Part shown: positions 13,299 through 24,959 of the stretch, one piece after another | Layout: every line of letters starts with the position of its first letter | Position numbering within the stretch: position 1 is the first letter of the stretch | Assembly (NCBI GenBank): GCA_030390025.1 | Contig: CM059432.1 | Span: 72,480,001 to 72,544,000, forward strand | Reading direction: 5' to 3' | Length of the DNA: 64,000 nucleotides | Source: Squalus acanthias | Taxonomy: Eukaryota | Notes under the pieces: generated by a model | Seen by the model: only the letters and a program-made list of their open reading frames with translations | What the model was told of the DNA's origin: nothing | Databases searched by the model: none | Program-made: the position numbers and the translations under genes

Positions 13299-13476
13299 GG
13301 AGGTAAATTTTCATGGCGGATCTCCCAGTCATCCACCGTAACTTTGGAGGAAGAGCTGTGGAAACCCTGAAAAAAGCAGCCTAAATGGTATTTACACAAT
13401 TTTTCTGGGGTTTCCACAGCTCTTCTGCAGAAGTTACAGCGATTGAACAGGAGAGGCCCCTCAGAAATTCACGCTC
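13299..13476. mobile_element. Palindromic (fold-back) MITE
   Basis: Arms GAAGAGCTGTGGAAACCC...GGGTTTCCACAGCTCTTC; AAT on both flanks. Confidence 0.75.
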
Positions 13477-13479
13477 AAT

Positions 13480-14340
13480 ATACTTACCATTACTTAACTT
13501 GCACTGCAGAGCTCCAAAGGCTTGTTGCACATTCTGTCCATCTGCCAGACCACCGTCCCCGACCCTGCCCTAAACCTCAGCTTTATTCACATCCTTGCTG
13601 CTTAACCTGCACCTCTGCCCTGCTCTTCTTCCTGTCCCACCATTTCCTCTCTGATGCAAGACCCATTTCACCCTAACTTCTCTGCTTCTTTGACTATAGG
13701 AGCCTTTTAATTTTTATTCCTGCCGATTGCATCTTCCGCTCAGCTTGTCCTGATTCTAACCTCTCTCTCCCCTGCCATATGCTTTCTTTGGCTGTTGTAA
13801 AGATTTTGTATTTACCCTCCTGCTAAGTGGGTCCAGCTACCACCTGAAGATCTCCTCTCATACAATAGATTTACTAATTAACCGGGTCTTGTTGTATTTT
13901 CTTAGTCAGTCGGTAAGAATCTGTCTCCCTTAAGCGAAGCGTACTTTCTACTGGGGCCCCAAGTAATCCCGGTTTGTTAATTACTAAACTTTAATCTTCA
14001 TTGGTTCTCAAATCCTTTTTATTTATATCATATTTAACAATTATTCTTTTTTTTTTACACAATTTTAGATAGTCAATCAAATGTGGTGACTTGGTTATTA
14101 CAAAACACAGAATTACAGACTATATAATAATACTCACAAATCTGTGACAATGAGTAGGTTTTTGGTCAACATGATCCCCGGGTGCTCTTTCCTCTCTTTT
14201 ACTCTGCTCCTCTGTTTTACTCTTTTGTGCCACCCTACCCCACGTGACATCAGCTGCCGCTCGTTCTCGCCACCGAGCTCCACGTGATGTTAACTGTAAC
14301 ATGGCTGCTGTGCACGTGCACTGCCACGTGTTGTTGGCTA
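13480..14340 (-). mobile_element. Degenerate CR1-like 5' region fragments
   Basis: GC-rich 5'UTR-like end, AT-rich spacer and pyrimidine-rich ORF junction-like tract, resembling other CR1 5' ends here. Confidence 0.4.
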
Positions 14341-14950
14341 CACTGTAATGGTCATTTAAGAGTTTTGACCATCTGCTACTTCAACTGTCCCCAACCCAAC
14401 CCTGACCTCTAACTCCTGCATCTTCTACCTTCTTCGATTTTACCAGTCATTCAAATTTTGAAGGAATTTCTACAGATCTTTCAGCCAGGTAACAATTTTA
14501 TTTAATCTCAATTAAAACTACCTGGCCGGGAAATTGGACCCATTTTCTGTTAAGGCCGGTTTGGAAGAAAACATTTCGGCCGCCTCGTATCTGCCCACGT
14601 CTGGCGCGGAACGCGACAGCCACCATTTTGGGCAGATCGGCAGCACTGCCGTTGCCTGCACTCACTCCAGATATTTAGATGAGTCAGATCGTGATGTTAA
14701 TCGGCGTGCAACGCTGAATTGATGCACGATCTGGTATTTTGGATGTCGCCGCTCCTATTAACGCCCTCACCAAAGCATGGACGGCAGAACGTGCATGCAG
14801 CAGTATGACCGACCCCCTACCAGCGCTTCTTAAAGGGACACATGCAATTTTCAGGTAAGTTTAGATTTTTGCTTTTATACTGGTTTCTTTACATTTTTTT
14901 GTAGTAGTGGCTTGGTGCAATACATTAAAAAAATTATTAAAGTGTTCAGA

Positions 14951-16378
14951 GAGCGCAGGGAGCGCGGGGAGCGCAGAGAGCGCGGGGAGCGCAGGGAGCG
15001 CAGAGAGCGCAGGGAGCGCAGGGAGCGCGGGGAGCGCGGGGAGCGCGGGGAGCGCGGGGAGCGCGGGGAGCGCGGAGAGCGCGGGGAGCGCGGGGAGCGC
15101 GGGGAGCGCGGGGAGCGCAGAGAGCGCAGAGAGCGCGGGGAGCGCAGGGAGCGCAGAGAGCGCCGAGAGCGCAGGGAGCGCAGGGAGCGCAGAGAGTGCG
15201 GGGAGCGCGGGGAGCGCGGGGAGCGCGGGGAGCGCAGAGAGCGCAGGGAGCGCAGGGAGCGCGGGGAGCGCGGGGAGCGCGGGGAGCGCAGAGAGCGCCG
15301 AGAGCGCAGGGAGCGCAGGGAGCGCAGAGAGCGCGGGGAGCGCGGGGAGCGCGGGGAGCGCAGGGAGCGCAGAGAGCGCGGGGAGCGCAGGGAGCGCAGA
15401 GAGCGCAGGGAGCGCGGGGAGCGCGGGGAGCGCGGGGAGCGCGGAGAGCGCGGGGAGCGCAGAGAGCGCGGGGAGCGCGGGGAGCGCAGAGAGCGCAGGG
15501 AGCGCAGGGAGCGCAGGGAGCGCGGGGAGCGCGGGGAGCGCGGGGAGCGCGGGGAGCGCGGGGAGCGCCGAGAGCGCCGAGAGCGCAGGGAGCGCAGGGA
15601 GCGCGGGGAGCGCGGGGAGCGCGGGGAGCGCGGGGAGCGCAGAGAGCGCGGGGAGCGCGGGGAGCGCGGGGAGCGCAGAGAGCGCGGGGAGCGCGGGGAG
15701 CGCGGGGAGCGCAGGGAGCGCGGGGAGCGCAGGGAGCGCAGAGAGCGCAGGGAGCGCGGAGAGCGCGGGGAGCGCGGGGAGCGCAGAGAGCGCAGAGAGC
15801 GCGGGGAGCGCAGAGAGCGCCGAGAGCGCAGGGAGCGCAGGGAGCGCAGGGAGCGCAGAGAGTGCGGGGAGCGCGGGGAGCGCGGGGAGCGCAGAGAGCG
15901 CAGGGAGCGCGGGGAGCGCAGAGAGCGCCGAGAGCGCAGGGAGCGCAGAGAGCGCGGGGAGCGCGGGGAGCGCGGGGAGCGCAGAGAGCGCGGGGAGCGC
16001 AGGGAGCGCAGGGAGCGCGGAGAGCGCGGGGAGCGCGGGGAGCGCGGGGAGCGCAGGGAGCGCAGAGAGCGCGGGGAGCGCGGAGAGCGCGGGGAGCGCA
16101 GAGAGCGCAGAGAGCGCGGGGAGCGCAGGGAGCGCAGAGAGCGCAGGGAGCGCAGGGAGCGCAGAGAGTGCGGGGAGCGCGGGGAGCGCGGGGAGCGCAG
16201 AGAGCGCAGGGAGCGCAGGGAGCGCAGAGAGCGCAGGGAGCGCGGGGAGCGCGGGGAGCGCGGGGAGCGCAGAGAGCGCCGAGAGCGCAGGGAGCGCAGG
16301 GAGCGCAGAGAGCGCGGGGAGCGCGGGGAGCGCGGGGAGCGCAGAGAGCGCGGGGAGCGCGGGGAGTGCAGGGAGTGC
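14951..16378 (+). repeat. 9-bp tandem repeat (GAGCGCRGR)n, about 159 units
   Basis: Directly visible; variants GAGCGCGGG, GAGCGCAGG, GAGCGCAGA, GAGCGCGGA, GAGCGCCGA, GAGTGCGGG. Confidence 0.98.
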
Positions 16379-16528
16379 TGCTGGACATTTGCAAGGCTTT
16401 GGTTCTTAATGGAAGGCCTCAGAGAAAACCACTTGCTCCCAGTCCTGGGGGCTCTAGTTGCAGTCACCCTTGGGCTACAGTATGACATGGAAGGGGCAGA
16501 GGTAGCAAAGGGGACAAGCTGATCAGAG

Positions 16529-16534
16529 AGGGAG

Positions 16535-16570
<36 letters not shown>

Positions 16571-16613
16571 AAAGCAAAAGAGGAGGAAGCAGAAGAGGAG
16601 GAAGCGGAAGGAG
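16529..16613 (+). repeat. (GAG/GAA)n purine-rich microsatellite
   Basis: Directly visible; probably the acidic tail of the element C transposase. Confidence 0.8.
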
Positions 16614-17885
16614 GCAGCCCAGACAGCCCCTTTCTTACTGGGATATCCGGGATGGAATCATCCGCCTGCGGTCCCAGTGACCACAACCCCAATTCCCCTT
16701 TCAACATTTATCCCACACCTTAACTTCCCTCTGTTACTGACCATCACAGTGTCCCCTTGGTCACAATGCTGAAATAAAAGCCACCACAAAGCAATCTTTC
16801 CAATCCACTTTTATCCATATAGGCATCCAATATTACATCAAAAAATCAACTAATCACCCTTGTGCATTCCCTTAATGAGTGTCTTACATGTGCCTTTGCC
16901 TATCCTAGTGCTCTTACGCAGAGATACCTTCGTGGCTGCAGCATGGCTGGTGGAAGGCTGCTGACTTTCATGGGGGAAGACTGCAGATGGCCTTGCAGTT
17001 CGACCTCGAGGAGCTGGTGGCTGGGAGTGTCAAATCAAGTGACGGTGTTTCTTCCTCTTCTTCACTCTCTTCTCCCTCTTCTTGGTCAACCACGGGTTGG
17101 GCAGGCTGGATCTCTTGGGTGTCTGAAATGATGAAGGCACAATGGTAGGGTTGTGGTGAGGGGAGGGGGGTAAAACAAGAGGTGCATGCTTACACCATGT
17201 GCAGCTTGTAAATCAGAAGAGATTGTGGGATGAGGGGGAAGTGGGATGTGAGAAGGAGGATAACATATGAGGATACCAGCATCTTGTATTCTTTCAGCCC
17301 TGTCGCTGGCCAAGAGCTCAGCCATGCTCCTGCCAAGAATGGCCTGCACCGTCTCCTCCAAGGGGGTGAGGTGAAGCTAGGAATGGGAGGTGTCCCTCGT
17401 GTTTGGTAGAGACTGTTGATAGGCGAGTGATGGGGGGAGTTGTGCATTGAGTAGTGTGTGAGGCTAGTGGTGCAGTTGGTAGAAGACTCCTCATAACGCC
17501 TGACAATGGCTCTTCTCTGCACGGACTCCAGCACTTGAATCTCTCCCTTGTTTCTTGGCAACTAGAAATGGACACAACACTCAAGGTGTGGTCTGTACAG
17601 TTTTATCACAACTTCCTCTGACTTGTATTCTACTGTTTTAGCCAAGGAGTTCAACATTCTAGGGTCGCAGCGGCCTCAGGTAAGTGGGGCCGCAGGTTGG
17701 GTCGAGGCCTAATGCCCGCTTCAGGAGTGGGTAAAGGACGCCTCTTATTTATCCTTACCCAATATGCTGGTCGGCACATTTCTGCCTTCCATTTTGGGGC
17801 TTTAGTAGGCCGTGTAGCACCTAAAAAATGGATGCTACGCTGCCCAATATCAAGGCCTGTATCTTTTCAAGAAAACAAAAGATAA

Positions 17886-18057
17886 GGCACTGAAATTCTG
17901 CGGTGGTTCTACTCGTCTCACACTGTAATTCTGGCAGGAAACCAATGAAACCTCCGGGGAAATAGCGTAAACAACCATTTACACCATTTCTCTTGTGGTT
18001 CTGGCAGTCCCCCAGTTACAGCAGGAGATCAGTAGAACCCTGTGAAATTTCGAGGAC
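17886..18057. mobile_element. Degenerate palindromic MITE related to 13299-13476
   Basis: Similar length and fold-back layout (GAAATT...GGTTCTACT / AGTAGAACC...GAAATTTC) and a similar central ATTTACAC. Confidence 0.55.
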
Positions 18058-19147
18058 AAAATATATAAAGACTACCATATATATTAGGAACAGATGACAT
18101 TTATTTAATTGATCAGACAAAATAAAGTTTATCATGAATTAAAAGTGATGTCCACAACCCACTGTTCCTATTCATAATATTTAGGATTATGTGACAGTTG
18201 AGTAGGATACACTTCTCTTCAAGGAACAACTGCCAGAGTTTTAAAATAATTTGTTATGTTCCAATAATTTATTATGTTGTAATATTTCAGATTTTTTATT
18301 TGGTAATATCAACATTAATAGGCCCTACAAATTGTCATATTTCTTTCCTACATTGACTGTGATGGAACAATTTTATCACTTGTGGGTCCATAGGCCCTGA
18401 CTTCATAAATCTGCAATTATGTTTTGGAAATGTTAGGCTTTGATTTGGGGAACAAAGCTTTTCAAGAATTAGAGATGAGGGCCCAGTTGTGTCACATTCT
18501 GAAATTTGCACCTGGCCAGAATCAAGCGTGAATGGCTATGAGGGGAGAAATTCTCATCCCCCCGCCCCCCAATAATAGTAATCTCACTCAGATTAAGGAG
18601 AAGAATTAGGTTGGCAAACTGTAACGTCACTCAGAAAAAAGCTGATCATATCCACTACTTGAAGCAATTGGAAATAGTATTTAGTTTAATATACTTGTTT
18701 TGTTTTCGTCAAAACAGTCTTTTAATAAATATTTTTGCCTAATTTGGTGCATAACTGATATAATTTGTACTCTGTGGCTTAATGCTTGTTTAATTAGCAT
18801 GACTTATTTAAATAAGTAATGCAGCTAGAGTTTAAGTTTATTAATTGCACCTGCAAAGTATAGCAACACCCTAGTGTTAGTTAATCAGAATGTAATGAAT
18901 AAACTGTTGCTAAGCAAAGGGTCAGAATAAGAGAATAAAACCTAGTAGTCAAGGTTGTGTAGTCTCATCTCAAAATGACAAATAGAACGATTGTGACACA
19001 TGGGTGAGTCTATCACATGGTCAATTTGTCCAGTTGCCAATTCACAACTGTCCATTTCAAATTACCATAATTGTAAATTCCACCATTTTTGGTTTATCAA
19101 CTCCCAAAGTTTGCATGACAAATCACATAACTTTCTACTGATATATT

Positions 19148-20030
19148 GGCCCAGAACTTGCAGTCGGGATGACGGCGAACTGTCAGTGTTCGTCGTCATT
19201 CCGCCTTTGAAACTGACCGCAAGCTCAGGATTTGGCGCATGGTGTGCGGAAATCCCAAAGTTGCGGTCAGTCATTGACAGCTCCGAAACAGGTTGCGCTG
19301 TGCCCCCGCCCCCACCCCCCCAAACAGAGCCGGCAATCTGTGTAATCAGCCAAATCATTGAAATGACGAAATCTTCGGCTCTTCCGCAGTAATTACGTTG
19401 TTAAATTCCCCACTAAAAGTTAGACCCAAAGGGATGAGGTGTAACAACAACAATTTGTATTTATATAGTGCCTTTAATGTAGTGAAACGTCCCAAGGCGC
19501 TGCACATGAGTATTAAAAGACTAAAAAACATGACACTGAGCCACATAAGGAGAAATTAGGGCAGGTGACCAAAAGCTTAGTCAAAGCTGGGGTTTTGACA
19601 GTGTTATTACTGCTAAACAAACATCAAGGGCCTGGAAAACTAATAATTTTGTGCTGTGTGAAATTTGTCCATTTTAATAAAAATTAAAATCTAAACTTTT
19701 CAAAAAGTTTTAATTTTTTTTCAAAGTTTGTCCATCTTTATTTCAGGTTTGCCTTTTCCCCATGTGAGAGCCCCAATCTTTGTTTTGCTCTCTCTAACAT
19801 TTTTAAAAAGTTAGAATTTTAAGAGCTTACTCACTTCCTTGTTCACTGTCTGTGAGAACTCTGCGTTTTGATTGGCTGCTTAGACAGAATGTTGACGTCA
19901 CAGCAGTTCACACAAGAGAATCCCCACTAACTTCCGGTGATGTTGAAGGTCAGAAAACCTGAAGTTCTCGACACAGGGATCGCGAGATCCTTGTGCGAAG
20001 CGTACTTCGGGGCAGCAGCGAACGCTGGTT
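19148..20030. mobile_element. Non-autonomous TIR element (family D-like), right end missing, with an L2 3' end inserted at about 19443-19595
   Basis: ATT|GGCCCAGAACTTGC terminus, AT-rich core, CACTTCC and GATTGG motifs as in 38295 and 48034; (AAC)n-TTTATATAG L2 tail. Confidence 0.65.
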
Positions 20031-20039
20031 GGAAGTCAT

Positions 20040-20470
20040 GTACTCTGGGAAAGGGGGATGTTGGGTCTACTTTTGTTCATGATATATTTGGATGATTTGG
20101 ACATAGGAAGCACAATATTAATATTTACTGATAACACAAAACTAGGAGGTTGTCAAAGAGTTAGGTAGACTGCAAAAGGCTTCAGGAGGACACAAATATG
20201 TTAGTGGAATGGGCAGACATGTGGACGATGCAATTTAATGTGAAGTGTGAGGTAATGTACTTTGAGAGAAAAAGCAAGGAAAGAGAGTATACATTCAATA
20301 GGAGTATGCTGAAGGGTGTCATAGAGACCATGGGGTTCAAATATATAATTCCTTGCAAGTACGAGTGCAGGTAGATATAGCCATAAAAAAGGCCATTAGA
20401 AATCTGGGTTATCTAAATAGCAGCATATCGTTCAAGAACAAAGAGGTAATGATGACAATGTCCAAAGACG
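20040..20470 (+). mobile_element. Old CR1 RT fragment
   Basis: Degenerate FADDTKL / QFNVKCEV-like sequence. Confidence 0.7.
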
Positions 20471-22380
20471 TTTCAATGTGATCACCTCTCATTCTTCTAA
20501 ACTTGCTGCACCTGCCACCCTCCAATCTGCAGGAACTGTTCCATAATCTACAGAATTTGAGAACATGACAACCAACGCATCCACTATTTCCATGGCTACC
20601 TCTTTTAGTACTCTGGGATGCAGATTATCAGGCCCTGGGGATTTATCGGCTTTCAGTCCCATTAATTTCTCCGGCACTATTTTTTTTACTAATACTAATT
20701 TCCTTTAATTCATCCTTCTAACTAGACCCTTGGTTCCCTAGCATTTCTGGGAAATTATTTGTGTCCTCTTCCGTGAAGACAGAACCAAAGTATTTGTTTA
20801 ATTGCTCAGCCGTTTCCTTGTTCCCCATTATAAATTCTCCCGTTATGACTGTAAGGGACCTACATTTGTCTTCACTAATCTTTTTCTTTTTACATACTTG
20901 TAGAAGCTTTTACAATCCGCTTTTATGTTCCTTGCAAGTTTACTCTCATACTCTATTTTTCCTCTCTTAATCAATCTCTTGGTCCTTTTTTGCTGAACTC
21001 TAAACTGTTCCTAATCCTCAGGCTTGCTACTTTTTCTGGCAACTTTATATGACTCCTCTTTGGATCTAATGCTATCCTTAATTTCTTTTGTTAGCCATGC
21101 TTGGGCCGCTTTTCCTTTTGTGTTTTTGCGCCAGAAAGGAATGTATAACTGTTGCAATTCATGCATTTGTTCCTTAAATGTTAGCCATTGCCTATCCACC
21201 GTCATGCCTTTTAATGAAGCTCCCCAATCTATCATAGCCAACTCACTCTTCATACCTTCGTAGTTTCCTTTGTTTAGATTTAGGACCCTAGTTTCGGATT
21301 GGACTTCTTCACTTTCCATCTTAATGAAGAATTCTATCATGTTATAGTCACTCTTCCCTAAAGGACCCCGCACAACAAGATTATGAATTAACCCCTTCTC
21401 ATTGCACAATACCCAATCTAGGGTAGCCTGTTCCCTAGTTGGCTCCTTAACGTACTGGTCTAAAAAACCATTTCGTACACACTCCAGGAATTCATCCTCC
21501 ACAGTATTATTGCTAATTTGGTTTGGCCAGTCTATATGTAGATTAAAGTCACCCATGATTACTGTAGTACCCTTGTTACATGCATCTCTAATTTCCTGTT
21601 TGATGCCATCCCTTACATTATCACTACTGTTTGGAGGCCTATAGACAACTCCCACCAATGTTTTCTGCCCCTTGGTGCTTCTTAGCTCCACCCAGACTGA
21701 TTCTACATCTTTATTTTCTGAGCCAATATCCTTTCTCACTATTGCTCTGATGCCACCCCACCTCCTTTTCCATTTTTCCTGTCCTTTCTAAATATCGAAT
21801 ATCCTTGGATATTCAGCTCCCAACCTTGATCACCCTGCAGCCATGTCTCCGTAATCGTAATTATCTGGTATCCATTTACATCTATTTGCGCTGTTAATTT
21901 GTCTACCTTATTACGAATGCTTCGCGCATTCAGATACAGTGCTTTTAGATTTTTTAACATTATTAGACATCTTAACATTTTTTTGTACTATGGCCCTATT
22001 TGTCTTATTACCATTTTTTCTTACCCGGACCCTATTTGTTAGTGCACTCCTTTGTTTGTACGCTCTGTCCCTTCCTGACACAATCTGGTTATCCTTACCC
22101 CAATCACTTTCCTGCACTGCTTCCTTGTCTTTTCTTTTTAGCATTCTAGATTTCTGTCCACCGGGACCCTCCCCCCGCTTATTTAGTTTAAAGCCCTATC
22201 TACCTCCCTAGTTATTCAATTCGCTAGAACTCTGGTCCCAGCATGGTTCAGGTGTTGGCCGTCCCAACGGAACAGCTCTCTCTTTCCCCAGTACTGGTGC
22301 CAGTGCCCCACGAATCGAAACCCACTTCTCCCACACCAATCTCTGAGCCACGCATTCATCTCCCTGATCCTATTGACCTT

Positions 22381-23012
22381 ATAAGAACATAAGAAATAGG
22401 AGCAGGAGTAGGCCAATTGGCCCCTCGAGCCTGCTCCGCCATTCAATAAGATCATGGCTGATCTGATCCTAACCGCCAATCTACTATCACAGAACCATCT
22501 CCTGAACCTAACAGAATTGGACACACGAAATAGGAGCAGGATCAGGCTACACGGCCCCTGGGCCCGCTACGCTACCCACAGGGCCATGACCGATCCGAAC
22601 CTAGACTCATGTCCAAATTCCTGCCCGCTCCCCGTAACCCTTAATTCCCTTTACTTCTAGGAAACTGTCTATTTCTGTTTTAAATTTATGTAATGATGTA
22701 GCTTCTACAGCTTTTTGGGGCAGCATATTCCATGGACCTACCACCCTCCGAGTGAAATAGTTCCTTCTCATCTCAGTTTTGAAAGAGCAGCCCCTTATTC
22801 TAAGACTATGCCCCCTAGTTCTAGTTTCACCTATCATCGGGAACATCCTCCCCGCATCCACCCGATCCAACCCCTTCACAATCTTATATGTTTCAATAAG
22901 ATCGCCTCTCATTCTTCTGAACTCCAATGAGTAGAGTCCCAATCTACCCAACCTCTCCTCATATGTCCATCCCCTCATCCCCGGGATTAACCGAGTGAAC
23001 CTTCTTTGTACT
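22381..23012 (-). mobile_element. Two nested CR1 3'-end fragments inside ORF1 of the host CR1
   Basis: TAAGAACA tail at 22381; second tail near 22490 with ORF2 C-terminus QRRFTRLIPG...GYGERAG. Confidence 0.85.
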
Positions 23013-23230
23013 GACCAATTATGCCAATTTGCTCGTGGCTCCGGTAACAATCCAGAGATTATGACCTTTGTGGTTCTGCTTTTGAATTTAGTCCCTAGCT
23101 GCTCAAACTCTCTCAGCAGAACCTCTTTCTTTGTCCTACCTATGTCGTTGGTACCTACGCGGACCACAACAACTGAATCCTCCCCCTCCCACTCCAAGTT
23201 CTTCTCCAGCCCGGAGGAGATGTCCTTTAC

Positions 23231-23679
23231 AATAGCAAAATACTGCGGATGCTGGAAATCCGAAATAACAACAGAAAATGCTGGAAAAACTCAGCAGGCC
23301 AGACAACATCCGTGGAGAGAGAAAGAGAGTTAACGTTTCAGGTCGATGACCTTTCGTCAGAACTGGAAAGAACCGGAAATCAAATAGATTTAAGGCCAGG
23401 ATAAAGCTGGGAAAAGGGGGAGGGGATAAAGGAACAAAAGGGGAGATAAAGAGACATTAAGAGACATTAAGAGATATGCAAGGCAAGAGGTGGTGTTAAT
23501 GTGACAGGTTAAGGCGGAAAGTGTGAAATCCACTGGCAGAATGAAGGATAGCTGCCAGCTTCTGGGAGGAAAAAAAAGTGGGCGGGGGGGCCAAATAAAA
23601 GGGTGGATGAAAAAATAAAATATAAATGTGATTGGAGCTGAGGTTATGATCTAAAATTGTTGAACTCGATATGGAGTCC
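23231..23679 (-). mobile_element. Penelope-like element 3' fragment (pLTR)
   Basis: 13-bp TSD AGATGTCCTTTAC (23218-23230, 23680-23692); homologous to the GIY-YIG element at 45973; hammerhead core. Confidence 0.85.
23328..23364 (-). ncRNA. Minimal type I hammerhead ribozyme motif
   Basis: Minus strand reads AGUU-CUGACGA-A-AGGUC-AUC-GACCU-GAAAC-GUU-AACU: conserved core, helix II, helix I AGUU/AACU. Confidence 0.8.
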
Positions 23680-24894
23680 AGATGTCCTTTACCCTGGCAC
23701 CAGGTAGGCAACATAGCCTTCGGGACTCACGCTCCTGGCTGCAGAGAACAGTGTCTATCTCCCTAACTATACTGTCGCCTACTACAACCACCTTCCTTTT
23801 TACTCCCCCCACTTGAACGGCTTCCTGTACCACAGTGCCGTGGTCAGTTTGCTCATCCTCCTCGCAGTCCCCGCACTTGTCCACAAGGGTTGCAAGAACC
23901 TCTAATCTATTGGACAAGTGCAGGGACTGAGGCTCCTGCAATACTACCTCCTGGATCCCCGTACCTGCCTCACTCGCAGTCACACCCTCCTGTCACTGAC
24001 CACATGTCAATTCTAGAGTATTTAATCTAAGGGGTCTGGCTGCCTCCTGGAGCAAAAGGTCCAGGTAACTTTCTCCCTCCCTGATGTCTCGCAATGTCTG
24101 CAGCTCGGACTCTAGCTCCTCAACTCAGAGCCAAAGTTCCTCGAGCCATAGACACTTACCCCAAATGTAGTCACCCTGGACAAAAATGTCCACAAGCTCC
24201 CACATATTGCAGCAGCAACACATCTCCTGTTCTCCCATTATTTAATTTATTTAATTAATTAGTTTAGTGTTAATCAAATTATTTACCTTGTTTAGTTTAT
24301 TAAATTAATTAAATTAAGTTTAGATTTTAAAATGTAGTTATATGCTATATGTTAACTTAAAACTTAGCCCACAGTCACTACCAATCACTTACCTGCCTTA
24401 CCTGTGACGTCACACTGCCATTTTCTCTTGTTGATGCAGGTCTGCTGCTGCTTTTATCCCCACTCTCGGGCCTCGGTCTGCTCCCACTCAGGTCCACCGC
24501 CGCTCTGCGGGAGAAGTTAGGAAAAGCAACCACCTCCTTCCTCCACTTCACCGAACTCCCACACTTACCAAACTCCCAGTTGTTCACTCTGTGACAAACT
24601 GCCCTCCAACCTCCCTTATTTATACTGCTGAGATTTATGAGTCAGCTCTCTGGCAGTTGCAGAACCAGATTAGACCAGTTAATTAACTAACTAGCCCCAC
24701 CCATTCTCCAGTGCAGAGCTTGCTTAGCCCTGCCCAAGCCTGGAAGAAACTTAAAACTTAAAACAGTAAATTTAAGTGAAATGCTAATTGCAAGTACACA
24801 AGACTATATTTTATCAAAAAGAGATTACCCTTAAGATTCACTCCCACAGTTACCAAACTCCCAGTTGTTCACTCTGTGCCAAGCTGCACCACCT

Positions 24895-24958
24895 TCTCGA
24901 GGGCAATTAGGGATGGGCAATAAATGACGCCCACAGCCCATAAATGAATTTTAAAAAA
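24895..24958 (+). mobile_element. Isolated 3' tail of the LINE/SINE family seen at 27838-31357
   Basis: TGGGCAATAAATG..GACGCCCACA..CC..A-tail matches 31301-31357. Confidence 0.7.
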
Positions 24959-24959
24959 A

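Larger units (their letters stand above)
14524..17857. mobile_element. Internally deleted Harbinger-type element C (transposase remnants +, Myb remnants -)
   Basis: GGCCGGGAAATTGG / CCAATATCAAGGCC ends; CTTAAAGGG then a GTAAGT donor; Glu-rich C-terminus ending at 16680 followed by AATAAA; minus-strand exon MEETVQAILGRSMAELLAS homologous to Myb exon 2. Confidence 0.7.
20490..24890 (-). mobile_element. CR1 LINE, 5'UTR-ORF1-EN-start of RT, 3'-truncated, with nested inserts
   Basis: ORF1 VVVGDSIVR / VGTNDI esterase motifs; EN ORFs 21011-21978; DKSPGPD at about 20640. Confidence 0.92.

Noticed and set aside
14951..16378. CRISPR-like array
   Set aside because: Head-to-tail 9-mers with no unique spacers; eukaryotic context, no cas genes.
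14875..16707. Long RS/RE/SAG/RAP-rich ORFs (429-610 aa) resembling SR or silk-like proteins
   Set aside because: They are by-products of a stop-free 9-mer repeat open in several frames, with no gene structure.
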